A stretch of DNA of 64,000 nucleotides from an uncultured bacterium (GCA_963790795.1 CAWBPO010000001.1:38675-102674); one strand, 5' to 3'. Numbered from the stretch's first letter, positions 30,294-40,504 are shown. The notes: generated from the letters alone by a model not told the origin. Numbers and translations are program-made.

Positions 30294-30800
30294 CAGGTCG
30301 CCGTCACTCTGATTGTAATAAGAGATAATTGGCAGGCCGTCAGTGCCAATGGCAATGGAAGTGAACCACCGACGTTATCACCATCGCTAATCTGGGTGGT
30401 GGTATTTCCTGAAGAACAGGCAGAGTTTCCGCATTTGGTAATCATCAGGTCGCCGTCGGTGGAATTTCCATAAGAGATAATTGGCAGGCCGTCGTTTCCT
30501 ATGGCAATGGAAGTATCATAGCCAATAATATCAGTATCAGTAATCTGGGTGGTGGTATTTCCTGAAGAACAGGCAGAGTTTCCGCATTTGGTAATCATCA
30601 GGTCGGTGTCGTCATCATTTCCATAAGAGATAATTGGCAGGCCGTCGTTTCCTATGGCAATGGAATTATCATCGCCAACACTATCATCATCGCTAATCTG
30701 GGTGGTGGTATTTCCTGAAGAACAGGCAGAGTTTCCGCATTTGGTAATCATCAGGTCACCGTCGGTGAAATTGTAATGAGAAATAATCGGCAGGCTGTCA
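29600..30800. repeat. ~8 near-identical 150-bp tandem DNA repeats (coding 50-aa Cys repeats)
   Basis: repeated ...ggcagagtttccgcatttggtaatcatcaggtcgccgtc...; one unit is 1 nt short (~30361-30382) causing the ORF break. Confidence 0.7.
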
Positions 30801-32896
30801 GTGCCAATGGCAATGGAAGTACCAGAGCCAACACTATCAGTATCGCTAATCTGGGTGTTTGTTCGGGTAGTTGCGGTAATGGACGGAGCAAAAGTTGGAA
30901 GAATATTTCCTGAAACAATATCGCCTGAAACCGTTAATTTGGCAATCGGGTTGGTCGTCCCGATGCCAACGTTGCCAAGGGGTATATAAGAATCGGCTGA
31001 TGAGATGTAAATATAGTTGCCATCTGTAACCGCTGTCTGGATTTTGCCGTCGCTGGACATTGCAACGCCAAGCCAGGAGCTTGTCGCGCCTTTGGCTGTC
31101 CAGGTGTTACCGTAGTCAGTGGACAGATAAATCTGGCCTCCTGATACAGCTGCTGTCTGGATTTTGCCGTCAGAGGACATGGCCACGCCAGTCCAGTTTC
31201 TCTCCTCGTCTTTGGCTGTCCAGGTATTGCCGTAGTCAGTGGAAAGGTAGATGTAGCCGTTGTTGAAGGGAACCGCTGTCTGGACTTTGCCATCGCTGGA
31301 CATGGCTATGCCAGCCCACCCATCTTCAGGATCCCCCTTGGCTGTCCAGGTATTGCCGTAGTCAGTGGAAACATAAATGTAAACCGGTGCTTCTATAAAT
31401 CCTCTACCTACTGTCTGGTATTTACCGTCCGAAGACATGGCAATTCCCCACCACCTCTGAATACTTCCTTTTGGTGTCCAGGTATTACCATAGTCAGTGG
31501 AAACATAAATGTAATCATCTTCACCACTATAAGCTGTTGCTGTCTGGTATTTACCGTCGCTGGACATAGCTACGTCATACCAGTTTCTCTCGGCGTCTTT
31601 GGCTGTCCAGGTATTGCCGTAGTCAGTGGAAACATAAACATAGTCGGCATCTGCAATCGCTGTCTGGATTTTGCCGTCAGAGGACATGGCCACGCCAGTC
31701 CAAGCTCTCATATCGTCTTTTGTCTCCCAGGTATTGCCGTAGTCAGTGGAAAGGTAAATATAGTCTCCATCTGCAACTGCTGTCTGGATTTTGCCGCCAG
31801 AGGACATGGCCACGCCAGTCCAGCCTCTTTCCTCGTCTTTGGCTGTCCAGGTATTGCCGTAATTAGATAATCCCCACTGGTTCTCTTCCACTCCTACCCT
31901 GCCAAAATACATCCCTCCTTCCAAACTTGACAGCAAAACATTGTCTGTTGAGAGATAGCCGGCATTCAGCGTTGAAGATAAATCGCCGGCAACAGTAAGT
32001 TTTTGGCCTGGCTCCGTTGTCCCGATGCCGACATTGCCATCAGAATCAATTGTTAAAAAGTCATTTGTTCCGAAAGCGCTAGAACCTGAAATTTTGAAGT
32101 TATGGTCATCGCTTTGACCAAGGGTCCAATTTGAACTACCAGAATAATAAACTTTTACTTGGAGAGAATCTACTATATCTACGAGTGCTCCAATAGTGCC
32201 ACTATCAAATCGGATTCTAAAGTTGGCGTTTGAAAACTCTTCCTGAGTCCAGCTTCTTCCCCAGGTATCAGTTGATCCGCCTAAAGTTACGGTATCCCAT
32301 TCTGGATCTTCCAATGTCGTTGAGGCTTGTTTCACATCAGTTTCGTAAGTATTCCCACCGTCATGGGAAAGGTCTACATAAATAGTATTATGACTTGGAG
32401 GTTGACTGGCTACATATTCCCGCGTATTATACTCTGTCTGATATGCATTGTGTTCTTCATCATCAGGATAATGTTCTAAAGACGTATCATACGGGTATTG
32501 TGACATGCCATGAAAGGGCAAAGGATCAATAGTATCGCCCACAAAGCCCTGAACACTGTATTTTATGCTATACATCACGTCTGCCAGTAAAAAGACATGT
32601 CTATCTTGGCCTTCATTTTTGGGGATGTCATTAAACTCTAAACTCAATTCATCCCCGTGGCGCATAATGGCATACTCATCATCTGTTTGGTCAAGAAGGG
32701 GCAGGACGTCGCCATATTTTGTAAAGTTTCCATACATAAGAAAGTTTTCTCTGTTGGGTAATTGTTCATCCGTAACATTAATATGTCTGTGGTCTACTGT
32801 TGCGTATTGATAATTTGTTGACCCGCCCCAGTGCAGGTCGGCATAAGAGGGGCTAACATAGGTTACATTGACTTCAACAGGTTCGGAATCATCCAA
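30293..32896 (-). CDS. fragment of fibre protein: N-terminal globular region, ~10 BNR/Asp-box-like repeats (YIYLSTDYGNTWTAKD...W.GVAMSSDGKIQTA), GIGTT motifs, then 50-aa Cys repeats
   Basis: 867 aa; S.DYGNTW repeats every ~40 aa; ORF terminates inside a 150-bp DNA repeat (frameshift ~30361-30382); likely true start further upstream (~33043, after a frameshift near the T8 run at 32962-32969). Confidence 0.55.
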   Translation of the reverse strand: MDDSEPVEVNVTYVSPSYADLHWGGSTNYQYATVDHRHINVTDEQLPNRENFLMYGNFTKYGDVLPLLDQTDDEYAIMRHGDELSLEFNDIPKNEGQDRHVFLLADVMYSIKYSVQGFVGDTIDPLPFHGMSQYPYDTSLEHYPDDEEHNAYQTEYNTREYVASQPPSHNTIYVDLSHDGGNTYETDVKQASTTLEDPEWDTVTLGGSTDTWGRSWTQEEFSNANFRIRFDSGTIGALVDIVDSLQVKVYYSGSSNWTLGQSDDHNFKISGSSAFGTNDFLTIDSDGNVGIGTTEPGQKLTVAGDLSSTLNAGYLSTDNVLLSSLEGGMYFGRVGVEENQWGLSNYGNTWTAKDEERGWTGVAMSSGGKIQTAVADGDYIYLSTDYGNTWETKDDMRAWTGVAMSSDGKIQTAIADADYVYVSTDYGNTWTAKDAERNWYDVAMSSDGKYQTATAYSGEDDYIYVSTDYGNTWTPKGSIQRWWGIAMSSDGKYQTVGRGFIEAPVYIYVSTDYGNTWTAKGDPEDGWAGIAMSSDGKVQTAVPFNNGYIYLSTDYGNTWTAKDEERNWTGVAMSSDGKIQTAAVSGGQIYLSTDYGNTWTAKGATSSWLGVAMSSDGKIQTAVTDGNYIYISSADSYIPLGNVGIGTTNPIAKLTVSGDIVSGNILPTFAPSITATTRTNTQISDTDSVGSGTSIAIGTDSLPIISHYNFTDGDLMITKCGNSACSSGNTTTQISDDDSVGDDNSIAIGNDGLPIISYGNDDDTDLMITKCGNSACSSGNTTTQITDTDIIGYDTSIAIGNDGLPIISYGNSTDGDLMITKCGNSACSSGNTTTQISDGDNVGGSLPLPLALTACQLSLITIRVTAT

Positions 32897-33284
32897 TAAT
32901 ATCTGGTCAATGATGTATTGTTGTTTGTGAATAAGGTGCTGTAACCCTCATCTTTGTATTATTTTTTTTCAGAATATCGGAAATATCAAAGACAAAAGTC
33001 TTGGAATCACCCGCAAAATTACCGAATTTTTCTGGCCCACCTGCCATGCTCATTTTCCTCTGTTTCTATAAGAAGATAATTATGGGTCGATAGTCCCGGG
33101 TTAAGCTCATAAGATGCCAGCCAGTAATTATCAATTTTGCATATTGCGGGTTGTCGATATTCCCAAAGTCAAATGTTATTGATTCATAGTTTCTTTAAGG
33201 GTATTCCATCTTTTTTAAAAACTTGTAATAACATTATTTCCATAACTATCTGTTGCTGCAATGGCACAATTGGATTCTTTATTG

Positions 33285-34064
33285 TCATAAACTCCTTGGA
33301 CGGCGCTGCTTCAATGAGTAGGTGTAACTCCATGGGTTCAAGACACCATATCCTTCAGGAACATCAACCAAAACTAACTTTGCCTCGTCAAAAAAGTCTG
33401 ATTCTGGGATGACTTCTCTTACTTTTAGATTATAAACCCCATCTATAGCTTCGAAATCTCCAAATTCATATATTCCAGCTTCATATATATGTGGTTCAAA
33501 CCAGGAGCCGCCAAACGATTCACCGGCAAAATCTGTATAATAATTATAACTAGGTTCCATCCTAAATATAAATAAGGACAAGACCCAATGTCCGGCTCTG
33601 CACATCACTAATTTTGCTTCTATACCATCGATGCTTGCTCCAGAGGGAAAATTAAACGAGAAATCGTAAAAATCTTGCTGATCGTCGTTAAAGGGAGAAA
33701 AGGCAGAATCCATCTTCAGTATAAACATATCGGGGTAAGACCAATTATTATAGTAATCCCCAACTGCTGTTGAAGATTTAAAGCCAGTTGTATAAATTGC
33801 AGATGTCTCAAGTAGAATAGCTACGTCATTTGTTCTATAAAGGTGTAAAGCTTGGTCCGGCTTCGTCGTCCCAATGCCGACGTTGTCACCAAAGTAGGCA
33901 CCTCCTTGAACAGAGAGTTTGGCATCGCTATCAATTACCGCCAAGTTATTAAAACCATCTGAAGTGAAATAAAATTGAGGAGCAGTCAAGATGCCGCTCT
34001 TTAGTTCAAGCGAATCACCTATAGTCAGACTGCCGTCGGTGAAAATATTGTTTTTTACTCCCAA
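33285..34064 (-). CDS. C-terminal segment of upstream giant protein (34217..38413): linker module GSLGVKNNIFTDGSLTIG plus GIGTT motif and C-terminal globular domain
   Basis: N-terminus matches the internal linker module of 34217..38413 (FVAGFLGIEGDIITDGSLLVNQSAKFGNSVLIG); joined to it by frameshift at ~34290-34296. Confidence 0.5.
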   Translation of the reverse strand: MGVKNNIFTDGSLTIGDSLELKSGILTAPQFYFTSDGFNNLAVIDSDAKLSVQGGAYFGDNVGIGTTKPDQALHLYRTNDVAILLETSAIYTTGFKSSTAVGDYYNNWSYPDMFILKMDSAFSPFNDDQQDFYDFSFNFPSGASIDGIEAKLVMCRAGHWVLSLFIFRMEPSYNYYTDFAGESFGGSWFEPHIYEAGIYEFGDFEAIDGVYNLKVREVIPESDFFDEAKLVLVDVPEGYGVLNPWSYTYSLKQRRPRSL

Positions 34065-34216
34065 ACTTCCATTAAGAAAAAGTGAGGACTGGCTGAGGTT
34101 AAATGATGACGAGAACTCACCGCCAACGGCGAACTTGAGGTCGCCGTTGGTACCATCATAATAACTAATCCTGGCAAAGCCATCATCAGGGCTGATGGCG
34201 AGAGAGGTGTCATATC

Positions 34217-37200
34217 CTACATCGCCTGCTGAGTCAACGGTGGTGATGTTCTTGGTTGAGCAGTCATCATTGGTGCACTGAACGAATTTGAGCTAGCGAT
34301 TTCGTCCTCATCATAATAAGTGTAACTAATCCTGGCGTAGCCATCATCAGGGCTGATAGCGAGAGAGGTGAATTCGCCTACATAACCTGCTGAATCAACA
34401 GTGGTGATGTTCTTGGTTGAGCAGTCATCATTGGTGCACTGAACGAATTTGAGGTCTTCGTTGTTTTCATCAAAGTAACTAATCCTGGCAAAGCCGTCAG
34501 AGCCAAGAGCCAAGGAGGTGTAGAGCCCTACATTACCTGAGTCAACAATGGTAATGTTCTTGGTTGAACAATCATCATTGGTGCACTGAACGAATTTGAG
34601 GTCGCCACCGGAATGATCAAAATAACTAATCCTAGCAAAACCGTCGTCAGGGTTGATGGCGAGAGAGGTTTGTGTACCTACATTACCTGTGTCAACAGTG
34701 GTAATGTTCTTGGTTGAGCAGTCATCATTGGTGCACTGAACGAATTTGAGGTTTTCGTTGGTACCATCATAATAACTAATCCTGGCAAAGCCGTCGTCAG
34801 GGTTGATGGCGAGAGAGGTGTATTCGCCTACATAACCTGCTGAGTCAACGGTGGTGATGTTCTTGGTTGAGCAGTCATCATTGGTGCACTGAACGAATTT
34901 GAGGTAGCCGTTGTCACCCTCATAATAACTAATCCTGGCAAAGCCGTCGTCAGGGTTGATGGCGAGAGAGGTGTATTCGCCTACATAACCTGCTGAATCA
35001 ACAGTGGTGATGTTCTTGGTTGAGCAGTCATCATTGGTGCACTGGACGAATTTGAGGTCGCCGTTGGTGTCATCCTGATAACTAATCCTGGCGTAGCCAT
35101 CATCGGGGCTGATAGCGAGAGAGGTATAGTAACCTACCTCACCTGTTGAGTCAACAGTGGTTCTCTGCCAGGAAGAAGTGAGGGTAGTGAGGATGTTTGA
35201 ATAATCTCCCCCGATTAAAACGCTGTTTCCAAATTTGGCGCTTTGATTAACAAGAAGTGAACCATCAGTAATAATATCTCCTTCAATCCCAAGAAAACCG
35301 GCTACAAATAAGTCATTGTTATCGGGGTTGAAGGAAATATCACTAAGTCGGGCGAATTTAAGGTCGTAGTTACTATTATTATAGTAACTAATCCTAGCGT
35401 AACCATCATCAGGGCTGATGGCGAGAGAGGTGTCATGTCCTACATCACCTGCTGAGTCAACGGTGGTGATGCTCTTGGTTGAGCAGTCATCATTGGTGCA
35501 CTGGACGAATTTGAGGTCGCCGTTGCCATCATCATAATAACTAATCCTAGCATAGCCATCATCAGGGCTGATGGCGAGAGAGGTGAATTCGCCTACATAA
35601 CCTGCTGAATCAACAGTGGTGATGTTCTTGGTTGAGCAGTCATTATTGGTGCACTGGACGAATTTGAGGTCGTAGTTGTCATAATCACAATAACTAATCC
35701 TGGCAAATCCGTCAGAACCAAGAGCCAAGGAGGGAAAGGGCCCTACAAAACCTGCTGAATCAACAGTGGTGATGTTATTTTCTGAGCAGTCAGCATTGGT
35801 ACATTGGACGAATTTAAGGTCATTACTACTACTATCATAATAACTAATCCTGGCAAGGTTTTCAGAATCTAAAGCTAAGGAGGTGCCCCCTAGAGAAACA
35901 GAATCAACGGTGGTGATGTTCTTGGTTGAGCAGTCATCATTGGTGCACTGGACGAATTTAAGGTCGTAGTTACTATTATCATAGTAACTAATCCTGGCAA
36001 AGCCGTCAGAACCCAGAGCTATTGAGGTATAGCTTCCTACTAAACCAGCTGAGTCAACGGTGGTGATGCTCTTGGTTGAGCAGTCATCGTTGGTGCACTG
36101 GACGAATTTGAGGGCACTATTGCTAAGATCATAGTAACTAATCCTGGCATAGCCGTCGTCAGGGCTGATGGCGAGAGAGGTGTATTCGCCTACATCACCT
36201 GCTGAGTCAACGGTGGTGATGTTCTTGGTTGAGCAGTCATCATTGGTGCACTGGACGAATTTGAGGTCTTCGTTGTCATAATCACAATAACTAATCCTGG
36301 CAAATCCGTCAGAACCTAAAGCTAAGGAGGTGTCTCTCCCTACATCACCTGCTGAATCAACAGTGGTGGTAAAAATTGGCGAAGCGGAACTGGTAATTGT
36401 ATTGCTGTTCCCGCCGAGAAAAGTATTACCTATAACTGTAAGTTTCTCCGCCGGCTCCGTCGTCCCGATGCCGATATTTGTTCCTAATTGGTAGATAGTT
36501 GATGTGCCAAGGGCGGTGTCAGAAGTCCAGAGAGGAAGATAATTTGTTTGTCCTCCAGAAATTGTTGGAGCTGTAGTTGTTCCCCAGACGCCCGCATCAA
36601 TATACGGAACACCTGTCCAGGAGATAGTGCTTGTTCCTGTGCCGCCGTAGGCTGAGCCAATTGCCGTACCTTTCCAAACGCCCGTGGTGATGTCGCCGTT
36701 GTTGGCAATGGTGAAGATGCTGCTTGTGGCGTTGCTGAAATTGGCAATTGTTCCTGTTTCAGACTGGATAACGGTTAGGGCTGTGTTAGCGGAAGCGGCT
36801 TTAATGTTGAAAATATATTCTTCGGTGGCGCCGGCACCGGTTCTGTTGCCGTAAATAACCGTCCCTGTCCCCGAATTATTGAAAGAACCCGTGCCGAAGT
36901 CGTCGTCATAAATGTCATTATTGACAACCAAATTTCCGTCAGACGCGGCATCAGAAATATTAATCCCGTAGCGCGGCACGTTAGCCAACGCCCCGGCCCG
37001 ACAGGTGTTACCCTGAATGTTATTGTGGTCCGATTCAGATAGGTAAATATCATCATAAGTATTATCAGTGTCTTGTGAATTTTCGGTTAAGGTATTGTCA
37101 GAGATAGTGTTGTTATCGCTAGTGTAAAGGTAAATTCCGTATGAGCCATTCTCCTGACATGTGTTGCCTAAGATGGTGTTGTTGTTGGAGGTGTCCTCAA

Positions 37201-38413
37201 TGTCAATGCAAATATCGCCATTCCCCTGGCTGGTGTTGCCTGAGATGGTGTTGTTGTTGGAGGTGTGAAGTTCAATACCAGCACTACTGTTCCCCTGGCT
37301 GGTGTTGCCTGAGATGGTATTGTTGTCGGAGGCATAAATTGTAATGCCATTTTCATTCCCCTGGCAAGTATTGCCTGAGATGATGTTGTTGTCGGAGGTG
37401 TCAAGTGCAATGCCGTCGCCATTCCCCTGGCTGGTGTTGCCTATTAACGTGTTGTTGTTGGAGGCGTTAAGATTAATACCACTACCATTTTCCTGGCAGG
37501 TATTACCTATTAGCGTATTAAAATCTGAAAGTTCAAGATAGATACCATCCCAGTAGCCGTCAGATGGTGCCTGGTTTCTTCTTGAATGCACATTCTGGAT
37601 AAAACTGTAGTCTACATATGAAAATAATATACTGGCGTCGCTTAAATAAGAGGTGCCGCCGTCTAATTGAAGGTCGGTTATGATTATCCCTGTTTTTTCC
37701 GTACCGGCTCCGCCTACAGCGCTTAAAAATATAAGACCATCGGTTGAGGTAGTGAGGATGGTATTTCTGCCGTCTCCTCTGAGAGTTTGGTTAGAATCTA
37801 AATTAATAGTGGCTTCAACGTTGTAAGTTCCATCAAGGAGGCGGACTTCTCCGCCAGTAGCCGGCAAAGCGTCAATCGCCGCTTGTATCTGTACATGGTC
37901 GTCTACGCCATCACAGACATAATCTGCTTTTTCTTTGTTCTGAGAATCATTAGCTGCTACAATCTTTGTCACCACCGTTCTGTCTGCCTGCCATTTACTG
38001 CTATCAAAAATATAAAGCTGGTGAGTACTGGTGCTGAAAAACATCTGGCCTTCAGCAGCAGTAGAGGTAGCTGGTAAGGTTCCAGCGCCAGTTAATCTAA
38101 GCCATTTGTCAGCCGCTAAAGTAACATTGCCTACGATACTGACATTTCCTCCATCTGCAATAGTAAAGACTGGGGTTCCAGCATCTTTGAATTCTACAAT
38201 GTTGCCATTTCCTGATTGATTGACGGTTAGGGCGGCAGCAGTTGAAGAAATTGAAATTTCTTTCTTTTCTTCTAATTTTACTGTGGCAGTATCTAATTCA
38301 TAATAAAAATTGGCGGCAAAAACCAAACCAGCCACGACTATTCCTGGCAAAATAGCTAAAACAACCCTTTTCCAGGTTTTTTCCCTGTTTAGTTTTAACC
38401 TCCAATTAAACAT
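34217..38413 (-). CDS. giant signal-anchored surface fibre protein: N-terminal TM anchor (FAANFYY), right-handed parallel beta-helix (PbH1) repeats, GIGTTEP motif, >25 FVQCTNDDCST 40-aa repeats
   Basis: 1398 aa; PbH1-like NNTISGNTSQGNG.GI repeats; last 25 aa (SSNSFSAPMMTAQPRTSPPLTQQAM) are an out-of-frame reading. Confidence 0.65.
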   Translation of the reverse strand: MFNWRLKLNREKTWKRVVLAILPGIVVAGLVFAANFYYELDTATVKLEEKKEISISSTAAALTVNQSGNGNIVEFKDAGTPVFTIADGGNVSIVGNVTLAADKWLRLTGAGTLPATSTAAEGQMFFSTSTHQLYIFDSSKWQADRTVVTKIVAANDSQNKEKADYVCDGVDDHVQIQAAIDALPATGGEVRLLDGTYNVEATINLDSNQTLRGDGRNTILTTSTDGLIFLSAVGGAGTEKTGIIITDLQLDGGTSYLSDASILFSYVDYSFIQNVHSRRNQAPSDGYWDGIYLELSDFNTLIGNTCQENGSGINLNASNNNTLIGNTSQGNGDGIALDTSDNNIISGNTCQGNENGITIYASDNNTISGNTSQGNSSAGIELHTSNNNTISGNTSQGNGDICIDIEDTSNNNTILGNTCQENGSYGIYLYTSDNNTISDNTLTENSQDTDNTYDDIYLSESDHNNIQGNTCRAGALANVPRYGINISDAASDGNLVVNNDIYDDDFGTGSFNNSGTGTVIYGNRTGAGATEEYIFNIKAASANTALTVIQSETGTIANFSNATSSIFTIANNGDITTGVWKGTAIGSAYGGTGTSTISWTGVPYIDAGVWGTTTAPTISGGQTNYLPLWTSDTALGTSTIYQLGTNIGIGTTEPAEKLTVIGNTFLGGNSNTITSSASPIFTTTVDSAGDVGRDTSLALGSDGFARISYCDYDNEDLKFVQCTNDDCSTKNITTVDSAGDVGEYTSLAISPDDGYARISYYDLSNSALKFVQCTNDDCSTKSITTVDSAGLVGSYTSIALGSDGFARISYYDNSNYDLKFVQCTNDDCSTKNITTVDSVSLGGTSLALDSENLARISYYDSSSNDLKFVQCTNADCSENNITTVDSAGFVGPFPSLALGSDGFARISYCDYDNYDLKFVQCTNNDCSTKNITTVDSAGYVGEFTSLAISPDDGYARISYYDDGNGDLKFVQCTNDDCSTKSITTVDSAGDVGHDTSLAISPDDGYARISYYNNSNYDLKFARLSDISFNPDNNDLFVAGFLGIEGDIITDGSLLVNQSAKFGNSVLIGGDYSNILTTLTSSWQRTTVDSTGEVGYYTSLAISPDDGYARISYQDDTNGDLKFVQCTNDDCSTKNITTVDSAGYVGEYTSLAINPDDGFARISYYEGDNGYLKFVQCTNDDCSTKNITTVDSAGYVGEYTSLAINPDDGFARISYYDGTNENLKFVQCTNDDCSTKNITTVDTGNVGTQTSLAINPDDGFARISYFDHSGGDLKFVQCTNDDCSTKNITIVDSGNVGLYTSLALGSDGFARISYFDENNEDLKFVQCTNDDCSTKNITTVDSAGYVGEFTSLAISPDDGYARISYTYYDEDEIASSNSFSAPMMTAQPRTSPPLTQQAM

Positions 38414-38552
38414 GCTTATATACTATATATGTATACCGTAAGGGTATAAGGGCGTACTACAATCAAAAAACCACAAGAACTAACACATAAGCCTTGTTAA
38501 ACACGAGTATCGCCGTTTAACTAATCTCTTCTTATACCTCATGCGTTATAAT

Positions 38553-40436
38553 TTAGTTGATTCTATCGTAGGCAGCCAAAAAGATCTGGAAAACTTTGAT
38601 CTTATTATCATCGTAATTGGGTTGAGATTTGACCTCTAACCACCAATCTGTCCCATCGGTAGGAATAGCAACTGTGCCAGTGGTTGTAGCTATTCCTGAA
38701 TCCAAAGCCGAGTTGTCGCAACCGCCTAAAGTGAAGGTGCTGTAAGCAGCGCCGGTAGTTGTGGCTACTCGCCAATCAGTAGTAGAAGCAAGAAGGAGAT
38801 TATCAGTATATCTGATGACGAATTTATGAATTCTGGTTGTTCCTGTCGTAGTTGCAATGAAGGGATAGTCTTGGATAGTCCGAGAAATCTTAACATAACT
38901 GGTAGTAGCGGTCTGGGCGGGCAAATCAAATCCGAAAATCGGAATCATTTCTCGCAAAATCTCGGTATTCTGTTTCCCAATTTCATATCCTGAGGCAGTT
39001 TGAATATAATCACCGCTTCCAAGAGTTATCTTTCCTGAGGCCGGGTCTAAAATAATATCATTGCTTCCGACTGAAGAAATGGTTGTCGTGGCGCCAGAAG
39101 TATACGTAACCGCACCTGTTCCTGTATATAAGGCTGAACTTACTCCTCCACTTCCACTTACTACCAAATTATAGGCAATGGTTGTGGTCCCGGCAGAATC
39201 GATAGTTAAAGCTGTCCCAGTGTAGTTGTCCACGATTGAGGAATCTTCCAATTCTGTAGAGTCTTTCCATCTGGAAACTTTTCCTGCCGTACCCGAACCA
39301 ATAACTGCGCCCGTACCCGTCGCAGCCTTCCAAGTCAAAACACCTGTTCCATCAGTGGTTAAAACATAATTATTGCTGCCAGTATTTGGGGGCAAATAAT
39401 AAGTGGTATTTGCCACCATTGTTGAAGTAGGATTAAAAATGACTTCATAATCAGTTCCGCCTTGTTCTGAGTAAATTCTGAGTTGACCGCTTGTCCCTGC
39501 TATTCCGGTTCTGATTGCGCCCTTCACCTCGAGAGGATAAGTTAAACTATTGGTTCCTATTCCTAATCGATTAGTGCTGTCATCCCAGAAAAAATTGGCA
39601 TTATCTTCGCTAAGAACACCGCCTGCCCCGGCGAAAATAACCCCGCCAGTAGTAGGATTAAACCAGGTTGGAATTCCAGTGCCTCCAGAAACTAATGCCT
39701 GACCAGAAGTACCAGCAGCAGAGATTCCGTAGGTTGAACCTGTCCCATAAACCATTCCTCCAGCAGTGGGAGAAGTGGATGTTCCAGTTCCACCATAAGT
39801 CGTAGCCAAAGGGCTAGTTAATCCAATTACTCCTGCTGCTGATAAGGTAATAGGGGCTGTAGATGAAACTGCCACTGTTCCTGAAGTATCAGGAAGGGTG
39901 TAAGTTCTCGCTCCGGTTAAATTAGCAATAGTTAATTGTCCTCTGCCTTCAGCATCGTAAAACCATAAACTCGTTCCCTGGGTTCCGCCAGAGGTAAAAG
40001 CATCTCCTGAGGTAACATTGCCAACTGCAGTGATATCTCCCACTCCGCCTGTACTCGTGGCTAACTTCCAAGTAAGTTGGTCCCCTGCTTGCCAAGTCAA
40101 AACATAGTCGGCACTTGGAGGATTCACATCGTGCGCAGGAAGATAATAAGTTTTACTTGTAGATATTGTTGTCGTTGCTTCCAGTCCAACATAATAACTT
40201 GTGCCTCCGGTAAATTTCAAGGCTTGGTTTGCTCCAGAAATAATAATATCTTTAGTCACGTTTTGAACTTCCTCCATTACTATTTGTCCTGTGTCAATGT
40301 TGTAGTACATATTGGCCGCAAAAAGAACTCCGGCAGCAATCAACACTGAAGAACCGATAAACAGAAAAGAGGCAAATCTTGTTCCTTTAGCCAGTTTTAA
40401 TTTCGATTCAAAGAATTTTCTAAATGGATTTTTCAT
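38553..40436 (-). CDS. signal-anchored Gly/Thr-rich tail-fibre-like surface protein with conserved C-terminal domain
   Basis: 627 aa; N-term anchor ...VLFAANMYYNIDTG (same motif as 34217..38413), GIGTNS/GIGTT motifs, C-terminal domain paralogous to that of 40542..42761 (IPIFGFDLPAQTATTSYVKISR / IKVFQIFLAAYDRI). Confidence 0.6.
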   Translation of the reverse strand: MKNPFRKFFESKLKLAKGTRFASFLFIGSSVLIAAGVLFAANMYYNIDTGQIVMEEVQNVTKDIIISGANQALKFTGGTSYYVGLEATTTISTSKTYYLPAHDVNPPSADYVLTWQAGDQLTWKLATSTGGVGDITAVGNVTSGDAFTSGGTQGTSLWFYDAEGRGQLTIANLTGARTYTLPDTSGTVAVSSTAPITLSAAGVIGLTSPLATTYGGTGTSTSPTAGGMVYGTGSTYGISAAGTSGQALVSGGTGIPTWFNPTTGGVIFAGAGGVLSEDNANFFWDDSTNRLGIGTNSLTYPLEVKGAIRTGIAGTSGQLRIYSEQGGTDYEVIFNPTSTMVANTTYYLPPNTGSNNYVLTTDGTGVLTWKAATGTGAVIGSGTAGKVSRWKDSTELEDSSIVDNYTGTALTIDSAGTTTIAYNLVVSGSGGVSSALYTGTGAVTYTSGATTTISSVGSNDIILDPASGKITLGSGDYIQTASGYEIGKQNTEILREMIPIFGFDLPAQTATTSYVKISRTIQDYPFIATTTGTTRIHKFVIRYTDNLLLASTTDWRVATTTGAAYSTFTLGGCDNSALDSGIATTTGTVAIPTDGTDWWLEVKSQPNYDDNKIKVFQIFLAAYDRIN

Positions 40437-40504
40437 AGTTATTTAATTATATTAGTTAATTATTTTTTCGACCTTTATAATTTTTTATATTTTTTTCGAC
40501 CTTT

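Noticed and set aside
29600-30800. Regular 150-bp tandem repeats (and 258-bp repeats at 62783-63298) that could be mistaken for a CRISPR array
   Set aside because: Units are 120-258 bp, contiguous with no unique spacers, in frame and translating into protein repeats (TKCGNSACSSGNTTTQ..., InlB-B-like). No cas genes are nearby.
37141-37541. Cys/Trp-rich + strand ORFs (CCLRWCCCWRC...) inside the giant gene
   Set aside because: Antisense shadow of the PbH1 repeat region (GNTSQGNG codons). Repetitive antisense, no independent signals.
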